A stretch of 64,000 nucleotides of DNA from Candidatus Hydrogenedentota bacterium (GTDB taxonomy: Bacteria; Hydrogenedentota; Hydrogenedentia; Hydrogenedentales; CAILVY01): NCBI GenBank assembly GCA_903837785.1, contig CAILVY010000392.1:1140-65139 (forward strand), written 5' to 3'. The position numbers and the translations under genes are program-made. The notes below the pieces were generated by a model, which was given only the letters and a program-made list of their open reading frames with translations, was not told the origin of the DNA and made no database searches. Shown here one piece after another: positions 46,137 to 55,800 of the stretch (its first letter is position 1; each line of letters begins with the position of its first letter).

Positions 46137-47411
46137 ATGTATGCGATCTACAACCTGGCATGGGCGGTGGCGGCGCCGGGATTGCGCGCATGGCTGCGCC
46201 GCCATCCCAGGCATGGCCCGCTTCTGGCCCGCTTTGACCCGGAGATCCCGGCGGACGCGGTGAGGCCCCTCTGGGTGCATGCGTGCAGCGTCGGCGAGGT
46301 GACCACGGCCAAGCCCATTTTGCAGGCGTTGCGACAGCGCTTTGCCGGCGCGCCAATCCTCCTCAGCACCTCCACGGCCACCGGGCGGGACTTGGCGGAC
46401 AGGACCTGCGCCGGCTGCCCGGTCACCTGGTTTCCTTTTGATGCTCCCGGGTCCGTCCGCCAATTCCTCGAGAAGGCCCAGCCCCGGATTCTGATCCTGA
46501 TCGAAACCGAGTTGTGGCCCAATGTGCTGCGCGAGTGCCGGCGCCGCGGCATTCCGGCCGTCATCGTGAACGGTCGCCTCAGCGACAAGCACTTTCCCCG
46601 ATACCGGCGCTGGCGCCCGTTCTTCCAGGCCGTCTTCGGGCAACTTACCGCGGTGGGTGTTCAGAACCAGGTGTACGCAGACCGCATGACCGCCCTGGGC
46701 GTGGATGCCGCCAAGGTGCATATCACGGGGAACACCAAGTTCGATGCGGTCGCTGCGGAGGTGGATGAGGCCAGGCGCGCCCGTCTGAAGGCTGAAAACG
46801 GCTTTCCGGAACAGGCGCCGATTCTCGTCTTCGGCAGTACGCGGCCCGGTGACGAGGCGCTGGCCGGGGCGTGCTGGCACACCTTGCGAACACAGTTTCC
46901 GGACCTTCGCCTGGTCGTGGCACCGCGGCACCTCGAACGGATGGACGAGGCGCTTCAGCCCTTCGACGAACCCGTGCTCCGGCGATCCGAAGTGAAACAA
47001 GGCCGGACGCCCAACGGCGAGCGCGTGTTCTTCCTCGACACGGTAGGCGAACTCGCCTTGTTCTATTCGTTGGGGAGCGTGGCGGTGGTCGGGGGGAGTT
47101 TCTTCCCCGGAGTCAATGGACACAACCCGCTCGAGCCTGCCGCGCTTGGCGTTCCAACCGTGTTCGGCCCGTACATGAGCAACTTCCCGGACCCGGCCGC
47201 AGTCCTGCTCGCCGCCAAGGGCGCGATTCAAGTTCCATCGCCCGAACGCCTGGGTGAAACGCTGGCGGCACTGTTGAACGACCCTGAGGAGAGCGCCCGT
47301 ATGGCGGCGCGGGGGCGTGACGCCATTCTGTCTGAACGCGGCGCGATTGAGCGAAACGTGGATCTCGTGGAAGCGGTGCTTCAGCATTCCAGCCCCCCGT
47401 CCGTGCGTTAG
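46137..47411 (+). CDS. waaA: 3-deoxy-D-manno-octulosonic acid (Kdo) transferase
   Basis: Family motifs LWVHACSVGEV, ILLSTSTATG, ILILIETELWPN, VFGSTRPGDE, GGSFFPGVNGHNPLEPAALG. Confidence 0.85.
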   Translation: MYAIYNLAWAVAAPGLRAWLRRHPRHGPLLARFDPEIPADAVRPLWVHACSVGEVTTAKPILQALRQRFAGAPILLSTSTATGRDLADRTCAGCPVTWFPFDAPGSVRQFLEKAQPRILILIETELWPNVLRECRRRGIPAVIVNGRLSDKHFPRYRRWRPFFQAVFGQLTAVGVQNQVYADRMTALGVDAAKVHITGNTKFDAVAAEVDEARRARLKAENGFPEQAPILVFGSTRPGDEALAGACWHTLRTQFPDLRLVVAPRHLERMDEALQPFDEPVLRRSEVKQGRTPNGERVFFLDTVGELALFYSLGSVAVVGGSFFPGVNGHNPLEPAALGVPTVFGPYMSNFPDPAAVLLAAKGAIQVPSPERLGETLAALLNDPEESARMAARGRDAILSERGAIERNVDLVEAVLQHSSPPSVR

Positions 47412-47447
47412 AGCGCCGCCGGGACAAGCGAAAGGCTGTTTACGAAC

Positions 47448-48440
47448 GTGCCTCAAATCATGGATAGCTTTCTGGCTTGGTTGGACGACCGCTTCGAACG
47501 GCGCCGGGCCCGCCGGAAGCGTGATGGATTGCTGGCAATGCTGTTGCTTGCGCCAGCCATGCTGCTCATGGGCGTTTTCGGCTTTGCACCCCTCCTCAGC
47601 GGCTTCTACATGAGTCTGTTTGCAGGCCGCTATGGGGAAGACCGCTTTGCCGGGCTGGACAATTACGTTCGCGCGTTCACGGATCCCGGTTTCTGGAGCA
47701 GCCTGCGAGTCACCATCTATTACGTCGCGGGCACTATTCCCGCGAGCCTGGCACTCAGTTTCTTCATCGCCTTCGGCCTGCATCGAATCCTTCGGGGGCG
47801 CGGTGCCTTGCGCACCCTCTACTTCCTGCCCTATGTCACCTCGGCCGTCGCGGCGGCGATGGTTTGGCGGGCCATATTCAACAGTCCTGACGGCGTCGCG
47901 AACCTGCTGCTGAGCCACGCTGGGTTTGGGCCGCAGCGCTGGGTGCTCGAAAGCAGGGGGGTGCTGCACCTGCTGAGCGGAGGATGGATTCCGCCGGGAG
48001 TGGGGCCGAGCCTTGCGCTGTGCTGCGTGATGCTCTTCGACATCTGGCACGACAGCGGATTCATGATAGTCGTCTTTCTCGCCGGGCTGAGCGCGATTCC
48101 GGCCGAGCTCGAGGAGGCCGCGCGAATCGACGGGGCCGGGCCGTGGCGGGTAATCCGGCACGTGGTGATTCCGTTGTTGTCGCCCACCATCCTCTTTCTG
48201 CTGGTCGCCAGCACCGTTCGGGCCTTCCAGGCCTTCAACAGCTTTTACGCCCTGACGCAGCAGCCTGACCAACCCCTTTTCGAGTCCACGACCAACCTGG
48301 TCATTTACATCTATGGCCAGCTGTATCGCTGGAACGACTACGGGTATGGCGCGGCGGTCGCCATGCTGTTCACCGGGGCGATCATGCTCGTCACTGCGCT
48401 TCAATGGCGTTATGTAGGCCGGAAGGTGCACTACTCATGA
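47448..48440 (+). CDS. Carbohydrate ABC transporter permease (MalF/UgpA-like)
   Basis: Six TM segments and an EAA loop (ELEEAARIDGAGPWRVIRHVVIPLLSP). GTG 47448 or ATG 47460. Confidence 0.85.
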   Translation: MPQIMDSFLAWLDDRFERRRARRKRDGLLAMLLLAPAMLLMGVFGFAPLLSGFYMSLFAGRYGEDRFAGLDNYVRAFTDPGFWSSLRVTIYYVAGTIPASLALSFFIAFGLHRILRGRGALRTLYFLPYVTSAVAAAMVWRAIFNSPDGVANLLLSHAGFGPQRWVLESRGVLHLLSGGWIPPGVGPSLALCCVMLFDIWHDSGFMIVVFLAGLSAIPAELEEAARIDGAGPWRVIRHVVIPLLSPTILFLLVASTVRAFQAFNSFYALTQQPDQPLFESTTNLVIYIYGQLYRWNDYGYGAAVAMLFTGAIMLVTALQWRYVGRKVHYS

Positions 48441-49267
48441 ACCGGTTCAAGCGGCACCTGTGGAGTGCGTCGCTCTACATTCTGCTCGTCCTGGGCGGAT
48501 TCCTCACGGCTTGGCCTTTTCTGTGGATGCTCAGCACCGCGTTCAAGAGCCATATCGCGGCGCTCGAACCGTCGCTTTCGCTCTGGCCGGGGGAATGGCA
48601 TTGGGAGAATGTGCGCGACACGTTTGAGTCGGCCCCCTTCGCGCGATACTTTCTGAACTCATTGCTGGTTTCCGGCTCCGTGACCTGCTGTGTCGTGCTT
48701 ACCTCGGCCATGGCCGGGTATGCGTTCGCCCGGCTGACGTTCCGGGGCAAGGGCCTCCTTTTCGCCCTGGTCCTCGCCACGATGATGGTGCCCTTCGAGT
48801 TGACGCTGGTGCCGAACTTCGTGCTGATCCAACGGTTGGGGTGGTACAACACTTACGCGGCCCTCATTGTGCCGTGGTGCGCGAACGCCTTCTCGATCTT
48901 CCTCATGCGCCAGGCGTTCCTTGGACTTCCCGGGGATTACTTCGATGCGGCCCTGATTGATGGCTGCGGCCATCTGCGCTTTCTTGCGCGCATCGCCGTG
49001 CCGCTCGCCAAGCCGATCGTCGTCAGCGTGGCGCTCTTCGCGTTCCTTGGCAGCTATAACGCGTTGCTCTGGCCGCTGCTCGTGACCGCGGACGAGTCGA
49101 TGCGGGTGGTGCAGGTGGGGCTGACGTATTTCCGGGGTGATTTTGGCGTGCGTGTGAACCTGCTCATGTGCGCGTCGTCCATTGTCATCCTGCCAACCGT
49201 GTTGCTATACTTCTGCGCGCAGAGGTACTTCGTCGAAGCCGCGATCACCGCGGGGATCAAGGGTTAG
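48437..49267 (+). CDS. Carbohydrate ABC transporter permease (MalG/UgpE-like)
   Basis: EAA loop DYFDAALIDGCGHLRFLARIAVPLAKP. ATGA overlap with the upstream permease. Confidence 0.85.
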   Translation: MNRFKRHLWSASLYILLVLGGFLTAWPFLWMLSTAFKSHIAALEPSLSLWPGEWHWENVRDTFESAPFARYFLNSLLVSGSVTCCVVLTSAMAGYAFARLTFRGKGLLFALVLATMMVPFELTLVPNFVLIQRLGWYNTYAALIVPWCANAFSIFLMRQAFLGLPGDYFDAALIDGCGHLRFLARIAVPLAKPIVVSVALFAFLGSYNALLWPLLVTADESMRVVQVGLTYFRGDFGVRVNLLMCASSIVILPTVLLYFCAQRYFVEAAITAGIKG

Positions 49268-49272
49268 GCCCC

Positions 49273-50550
49273 ATGAAGAATGTGACGGCGCTGCTTGCCT
49301 GCGTACTGCTGGCCGGATGCGGTCCCAGGGGGCCGAAGGAGGGCTTTGCGCCCATTGATCCCGAAGCCGCGGTATTCTGGGATCGCCAGACCACCGAGAC
49401 GGCCGAGTTGCTGCAGCAGCTGGCGGCGGATTTCAATGCGTCGTGGAAGGAGGGCCCCCCGCTCAAAGTGGAGCGCTCCGGCGGGTACGACGAGATTTTC
49501 CGCAAGACCTCCGCCAGCATTCGTGCGCACGTCCTCCCGAGCATGGCGGTCTGCTACGAGAACATGACCGCGCAATACATTCCCACCGGCGCCGTGCGCG
49601 CGTTGGACGAGTACATGCGTGATGCGCAGACCGGCTTCTCCCAGTCCGAGCTGGATGATTTCTTTCCGGCAGTCCTCGAGACGAACCGCTATGCCGAGTT
49701 TGGCGGGAAGATGTATTCGTTCCCGTTCACCAAGAGCGTGCTCATGATGTACTTCAACAAGGCCGTCCTGGCGAAGGCGGGTTTCGACCGGCCCCCGGAC
49801 ACGTGGGACGAGTTCCTGGCACAGTGCCGCGCAGTGAAGGCCAAGACCGGCAAGTTCGCCTACGCGGTCAATCCCGATTGCAGCACGATCGACGGCATGA
49901 TCTTCAGCCGGGGCGGGGAAGTCTACGCGGATGGGAAGGCCCGCTTTGATTCTCCGGAGTCCATTGCGGTATTCGAGTTGTACGAGACGCTCGCGAAGGA
50001 GGGCCTGGCCTATCAAATCTCCGCGGCGTTTGACGATGAAATCGCCTTCTCCAAAGATGATGTCGCATTCACCTTCCGAACGGGCTCGGGACGGATTCAT
50101 GTTGCCGCGTTGATGCAGGACCGCATGGACCAGTGGGGCCTGGTTCGCATCCCTCAGGCGGATCCCGCCCATCCGCGCACGGTTCTTTACGGCGGCAACA
50201 TCTGCCTCTTCAACACCACCCCCGAGCAGGCCAGGACAGCCTGGGCGTTCGTCAAATACTTCACATCGAAAGAGACGATGGTTCGTTGGGCGCTGGGCAC
50301 CGGTTACCTGCCTTTCCGCAGGTCCGTGGCGGATGACCCTGCCGTGAAGGATTTGTGGGCGCAGTGGCCCTACAGCCGTGCCTCGTTTGACTGCCTGGAC
50401 TTCGCCCGTCCCGAACCCAACATCCGGGGCTGGCAGGAAGTGCGCGAAGTGGTGGCCAAAGCCCTGCGTCAAGTGCTGGACGGCAACCTGACGGGCCGGG
50501 AAGCCGCCGCAGCGCTGCAGCGGCAGACCGAGGAATTGCTCAAACGCTAG
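49273..50550 (+). CDS. Extracellular solute-binding lipoprotein (sugar ABC family 1)
   Basis: Lipobox VLLAG/C. Its size and its position next to two permeases support the call. The ORF-track start 49168 overlaps the permease and was rejected. Confidence 0.8.
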   Translation: MKNVTALLACVLLAGCGPRGPKEGFAPIDPEAAVFWDRQTTETAELLQQLAADFNASWKEGPPLKVERSGGYDEIFRKTSASIRAHVLPSMAVCYENMTAQYIPTGAVRALDEYMRDAQTGFSQSELDDFFPAVLETNRYAEFGGKMYSFPFTKSVLMMYFNKAVLAKAGFDRPPDTWDEFLAQCRAVKAKTGKFAYAVNPDCSTIDGMIFSRGGEVYADGKARFDSPESIAVFELYETLAKEGLAYQISAAFDDEIAFSKDDVAFTFRTGSGRIHVAALMQDRMDQWGLVRIPQADPAHPRTVLYGGNICLFNTTPEQARTAWAFVKYFTSKETMVRWALGTGYLPFRRSVADDPAVKDLWAQWPYSRASFDCLDFARPEPNIRGWQEVREVVAKALRQVLDGNLTGREAAAALQRQTEELLKR

Positions 50551-50554
50551 CGGC

Positions 50555-50788
50555 CTAGAGATGACCCTCGTGCTCTTCCGCGAATTCTTCCAGCGCGTCG
50601 TCAATCATCGCCTTGTGATCCCGCACCAGAATCTCCCGGTCCGCTTTGCGCCGGAAGAACTTCCGGCGGTCATGGTCGAACGGGTGCTTCTTGTGGCCGC
50701 GACGATCTTGAACCGACCGGCGATCCACCTGCCACTGGCCGTACTTGTCCCGGTAGTACCCTTCGCGGACTTCTTCTTGCTCTTTCAA
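50555..50788 (-). CDS. Small (77 aa) highly charged hypothetical protein
   Basis: TTG start with GGAGG 5 nt upstream (rc of 50795-50799). Lys/Arg/Glu/Asp/His-rich with no TM. Confidence 0.5.
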   Translation of the reverse strand: MKEQEEVREGYYRDKYGQWQVDRRSVQDRRGHKKHPFDHDRRKFFRRKADREILVRDHKAMIDDALEEFAEEHEGHL

Positions 50789-51011
50789 AGTATGCCTCCG
50801 CCCCTGTCAGGTCCATGTCCTGCGCCGTAGTATAGGCGCGCGGCACCAAATCGTCAAGATGGCATCGAACGGAAGACCGGAAGCGTCCCCGGGACCTGGC
50901 CGCATTCGCTATGCCCGAGAGGCGCCTGCTATACTCTGCCCGCCGGGTGCGCCACAACCAGGGGCGTGCCGAAAGGCGCAGAGGGACTGCACGAACGGAA
51001 GGAGCAGCAGC

Positions 51012-51626
51012 ATGGCCGACACGCAGAAAGCAACCAACATCACGTGGCATGAGGGGGACATCACCCGGGCGGATCGCGAGCGCGTCAACGGGCATCGTTC
51101 CGCCGTCATCTGGTATACGGGCCTCTCCGCCTCGGGCAAGTCCACACTGGCGCATGGCGTTCAGAATGCCCTCTTCGAGCGCGGATTCCGCTCTTACGTG
51201 CTCGATGGCGACAACATCCGCCATGGATTGAACAAGGACCTCGGATTCTCGCCCGAGGATCGCGAAGAGAATATCCGCCGCATCGGCGAAGTGGCCAAGC
51301 TGTTCACGGACGCAGGCGTGATCGCCATGACGGCGTTCATTTCGCCCTATCGCGGAGACCGCGACAAGGCACGGGCGCTGTGCCCGGAATCGTTCATCGA
51401 GGTCTACGTGAAATGCGATCTTGCCGTGTGCGAAGAGCGCGATCCCAAGGGCCTCTACAAGAAAGCCCGCGCCGGACTCGTTCCCGAGTTCACGGGCATC
51501 TCCGCCCCGTACGAAGAGCCGGAAAACGCCGAACTCGTTGTGAACACGTCCCACGAATCACTCGACGAATCCGTGGCCCGCGTTCTATCCTATCTGGAAT
51601 CGCGGGGGATCATTCCCGAAGCGTAG
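51012..51626 (+). CDS. cysC: Adenylyl-sulfate (APS) kinase
   Basis: P-loop WYTGLSASGKSTLA, LDGDNIRHGLNKDLGFS, RRIGEVAKLF, FISPYRGDR. GGAAGGAG RBS before ATG 51012. Confidence 0.92.
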   Translation: MADTQKATNITWHEGDITRADRERVNGHRSAVIWYTGLSASGKSTLAHGVQNALFERGFRSYVLDGDNIRHGLNKDLGFSPEDREENIRRIGEVAKLFTDAGVIAMTAFISPYRGDRDKARALCPESFIEVYVKCDLAVCEERDPKGLYKKARAGLVPEFTGISAPYEEPENAELVVNTSHESLDESVARVLSYLESRGIIPEA

Positions 51627-51641
51627 ACGGCGCCGCGTCTA
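51624..51641. terminator. 6-bp stem palindrome (TAGACG-N6-CGTCTA) whose arms contain the two convergent stop codons
   Basis: Read from the DNA. It lies between cysC (+) and the sulfotransferase (-) and is flanked by an exact 11-nt direct repeat. Confidence 0.35.
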
Positions 51642-52649
51642 TTCCCGAAGCAGCACGTCGCAGGTGAGCCGGCCTTTCTCGAGCAGCCGCCGGAAAGCTC
51701 CGCCGCGCTGCGCCCGTGCGCGAAGCCGGATGATCATCTTCCGCTTGAAGCGATAGCGGTCGAGCTTGGGTTTCACGGGCGCCGCGACCTGGCCGGCTTC
51801 TTCGAGCGGTTTCCATAGTTTCTCGGGCGGATAGCCGAGCAGCGCCAGATCCTCGGGGGCCAACTCGCTGATGACCTGGCGCATCAGGCTCAGCTTGGCC
51901 GGGTCGGAAGCGAGTTCCTGCACCCATTTCTTCACGGAGGCCGTGCTGGGCCGCGAATGCTGCTTGACGCCGATGGGATCCCCGAGGCCCTTGGGCCGTT
52001 CCTCTTCGCTCTTGCCGTAATCGATGGCTTCCTTTTCGAAGGGCACGCCGATGTACTCGCAGATTTTCGCAAACCAGGTTTCCGGATCCTTCACGAGATC
52101 CTCGTAGCGCACGTGGATCACCGGAACGTCCTTCTGTCGCAGGAAGGCCGCCAGCGCGGGCACATAGCGGTTCAGCAGCGGATTGTAGTTCTGGGCGACC
52201 TGATAATCGCCGTCGAAGAAGGAATTGGCGAAGGAGGAGAATGCGGCCAACGGATGCCGCGTGAGCACCACGTATCTGGCATCGGGAAATACCTTTGCAA
52301 TGAAGGGAAGGACCAGCGCATAGGCGGGTGTTTTGTCCAGGCAAATCGGCTTGGCGCCCTTGGATTCGAGATAACGTCCATAGAGCACGTCGCAGTAGGC
52401 GCGGCACGCATCCCAGTAATCCTGCTCCTTGTTTGGCAACTGATCCACGAACAGCTTTTGTGATTCCGCCGCGAGCACGTGATCGTACGGGGCCTTGTCC
52501 ACTTTGTCCCAGATGCCGAGATGGGCGAGGGGCGTAAGGAGATGCGGTTCGGGTCCGCCCTGAATCATTGAATGCGAGGACAGCATGCGTTCGAGCATGG
52601 TGGTGCCTGAACGCGGTGAACCGATGACGAACAACATCTTCACACTCAT
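51639..52649 (-). CDS. PAPS-dependent sulfotransferase
   Basis: 5'-PSB loop GSPRSGTTML and 3'-PB-like VVLTRHPLAAFSS. AAGGAG lies 7 nt upstream of ATG 52649. Confidence 0.85.
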   Translation of the reverse strand: MSVKMLFVIGSPRSGTTMLERMLSSHSMIQGGPEPHLLTPLAHLGIWDKVDKAPYDHVLAAESQKLFVDQLPNKEQDYWDACRAYCDVLYGRYLESKGAKPICLDKTPAYALVLPFIAKVFPDARYVVLTRHPLAAFSSFANSFFDGDYQVAQNYNPLLNRYVPALAAFLRQKDVPVIHVRYEDLVKDPETWFAKICEYIGVPFEKEAIDYGKSEEERPKGLGDPIGVKQHSRPSTASVKKWVQELASDPAKLSLMRQVISELAPEDLALLGYPPEKLWKPLEEAGQVAAPVKPKLDRYRFKRKMIIRLRARAQRGGAFRRLLEKGRLTCDVLLRE

Positions 52650-52804
52650 CGCAGGACTCCTTGTGTGGTACACCGATTGTTGGGTTACCTTATCCAGCCG
52701 GGGGGCGGCTTGTCAACCATCTCCGGGGCTGTGCTATGCTTCGAGCCAATGTGAATGCGATTTCGTCAGGGTTTCGCGGATTACTTCACGCGCGAGGGTT
52801 TTAC

Positions 52805-55800
52805 GTGAGAAAGACCATCGGTTCCGTGCTTCAGACTATGGTTAAGGCGCTCAAGCTTCTGGCTACGCCGATGAAGATCCTGGTGACAGTCGGGCTCTTC
52901 GTGTTGTTGTTCCGGCCCGAGACCTATGGGCTGAACCCGAACTTGTTCGGCGGGGTGAAGCCTTGGGACATCGTGAACGAGATTCGCAAGGCAGGCGCGG
53001 CAAACGTCGTCTTCTGGCTGTTGCTGGCCGTCTTCATCAAGCTGGGAGGCATGTTTTGCGGGGTGCTGCGCTGGCGCCTGCTCCTGAAAGGCCAGGGGCT
53101 GAAGATCCCCTTCTGGTACATGGTTCAAAGCTGGTTCGTGGGGCGGAGCCTGGGCATATTCCTGCCGGGCACAGTCGGTCTCGACGGTTATCGCCTCTAC
53201 GATTCGGCCCTGTACACGGGCGAGGTCATCAAGTGCGCGACGGTCGTTGCCGTCGAGAAACTAATCGGTTTCATTGTGCTCTCGGCCCTGGTGTTTGTCA
53301 CGCTGCCGTTGGGGATGCGCCTGCCGCACCTGCAATTCCGCCTGCCCGTCCTTTTTGCCATTCTCAGCGTGCTGGGCACGCTCATCGTGGTGCTGTTCCT
53401 CCTCCTGCTCAATCCGCGCGTCATCCAGGTGCTCGTGGCGGTGGTCCCGACGCCCGCAGGCATTCGGAACAAGCTGAACAAGCTGGGCGCGGCCGCCACG
53501 GCCTACAGCAACAACCGCTCCGAGCTGATGCTGGCCGTGTTCTTCGGACTCATGGTGCATGTGGCGACCAGCTTGACCTTCTTCTGCACGATGATGGCGA
53601 TACGCGCCAGCAATACGAACTTCACGGACATCCTCTTCGCCGCGCCGCTCATGATCACCGCGACGGTCTTCGGCCCGTCCATCGGCGGGGAGGGCATTCG
53701 CGAGATCGTGTTTGTGGGCCTGCTAGGCGCCAGCAGCGGCGTGGCGGCGGCGGCCACCTTCTCGCATCTTGGCTGGTGGGTGGGCGACGTTGTCCCCTTC
53801 CTTATCGGGCTGCCCATCTTTGTGATGCGGAAACGGCCGGGCCGCACCCAGCTCCAGGCGGAGCTGGCGCAGACGCGCCGTGAAGCCGCCGCCGCGGAGT
53901 CGTATCTGCATCTTGCGCCGGAAACCGTGGCGGATTACCGGAGCAAAGTCTTCAGCGCCCTTTTCGCGGGGATCGCCGGAGGACTGCTGGCCGGCGCCAT
54001 CATCGGGCTGTGCGAGGCGGGCTGGATCTGGAAGACGCTCAGCGGACTCACGGAAACGCAGATGTTCCCCTGGGGCGCCGGCGTTTACGGCGTCCTCTTT
54101 GCCGGTCTGGGATTGGGTGTGGCCTCGGCCCTGCTTTTTCTTTACCTGCTTCTGGATCGTTTTGCCTCGGCCGCGCTGACCTTCGCGTTGAGCTGGGCCG
54201 CGGCACTTACTGCGGGCGGGCTGGTTATTGGCCTCTGGCGCTTGCAGCGTGATGTCTTGCAGCATCATGCGGGGTCCATGGCGCAATACGGACAGGTGGC
54301 GGCCTGGGTGATCGGCGCCGCATTGATCGCGTTCGTGTTCGCATTTGTGCTGGCAGAAGCGCTGGCCAAGACCTTGGGGCGCACGGGCATCGTGCTCTTG
54401 CCCTTTGTTCTGTTTCTGGGCCTGGTGGGAGTGGGAGAGGGGCTTTCGAAATGGACAGCCCCTTCGGCGCAGGCCCAAGCGTTCGCACCGCCGGTCAAGG
54501 CGGGCGGCCCGAACATCATTCTGATTGCCGCGGACGCGTTGCGCGCGGACTATCTGCCACAATACCGACCGGACGCCACGGCGAAGACACCGCACCTGGA
54601 AGCCTTCGCCAAGGACGCCGTCTTCTTCGAGAACATGTTTTCACAGGCCTCGTGGACGAAGCCCAGCTTTGCCACAATCTTCACGGGCTTGTATCCCGAT
54701 CTGCATACCGCCACAAGCCAGACGGCGGCGCTGCCCGGCAGTGTGGCTACGCTGGCCGGGGCCTTGACGGCGGGCGGCTACTATGCCAAGGGCTTTGCCA
54801 ACAATCCGAACATCGCTTCGCTCTTCAACTTCAACAAGGGTTTCTCCGACTACACGGACCTGCCCCCGCGGCGCTATTTCGGCGCGAGCATGTCGTCTTC
54901 GAAGCTGTCCATGTATGAAGTGCTCCGCAAGGGATTCCAGCGGGTGCGCGCGAAAGCGGGCCGTTTCCTGCCTTTCCTGGCCAGGTTCGAGATTCGCGAT
55001 TACTATCAACCCGGGGATGGGGTGACGAATTCCGCGCTCCAATGGATTGACGGACGGCCGGCCCCCGGGGAGTCGCCCTTCTTTCTCTTCCTGCATTATA
55101 TGGACACGCACGACCCCTTTGTGAATCACCGCACCGGCGCGGGATACGCACGGGCGGTGTTGGGCGACACGCCCGATCCCAGCCTTGAAGGACCCATGCG
55201 CGACGCCTACATCACGGACATCGAATTCCTGGACGGGGCGCTTCAAACACTTTTCCAGGGACTTCGGGAGCGGGGGCTTTATGAAAACGCCTTGATCGTC
55301 TTCACGGCAGATCATGGCGAGGAGTTCCTGGATCACGAGGGATTCTGGCACGGCTACACGCTTTACGACGAAATGTTGCGGGTGCCTTTGATCGTGAAAC
55401 TGCCCGGAAATGCCCATGGGGGCGAACGGAACGGCGGTTTCGCCCGGCATGTGGACCTGGCGCCCACGCTGCTGCTGGCCGCCGGACTGCCGCCAGTCCC
55501 TGCCATGAACGGGCAGCCGCTCTTCGATGCTGCGGGGAACTTCGCCAATGCGGACATCCGGTATTCCTACGCGCATAACGACTTTGAAGGCAACCAGTTG
55601 CATGCGGTTCGGACTTCCGCTTCGAAGCTCATTACAGCCAATCCCGACAATGTGCGCCACCTGGCGCCGCTCGAATTATACGACCTTGCGCAAGACCCCG
55701 GGGAGAAGAGCAACCTCGCGGGCGACCCCAATCGGGCAACCCAATTGGCCGACTTGCAGGAGGCCCTGAACCAATTGGAACGCGGCGTTCAGGTCCAGCC

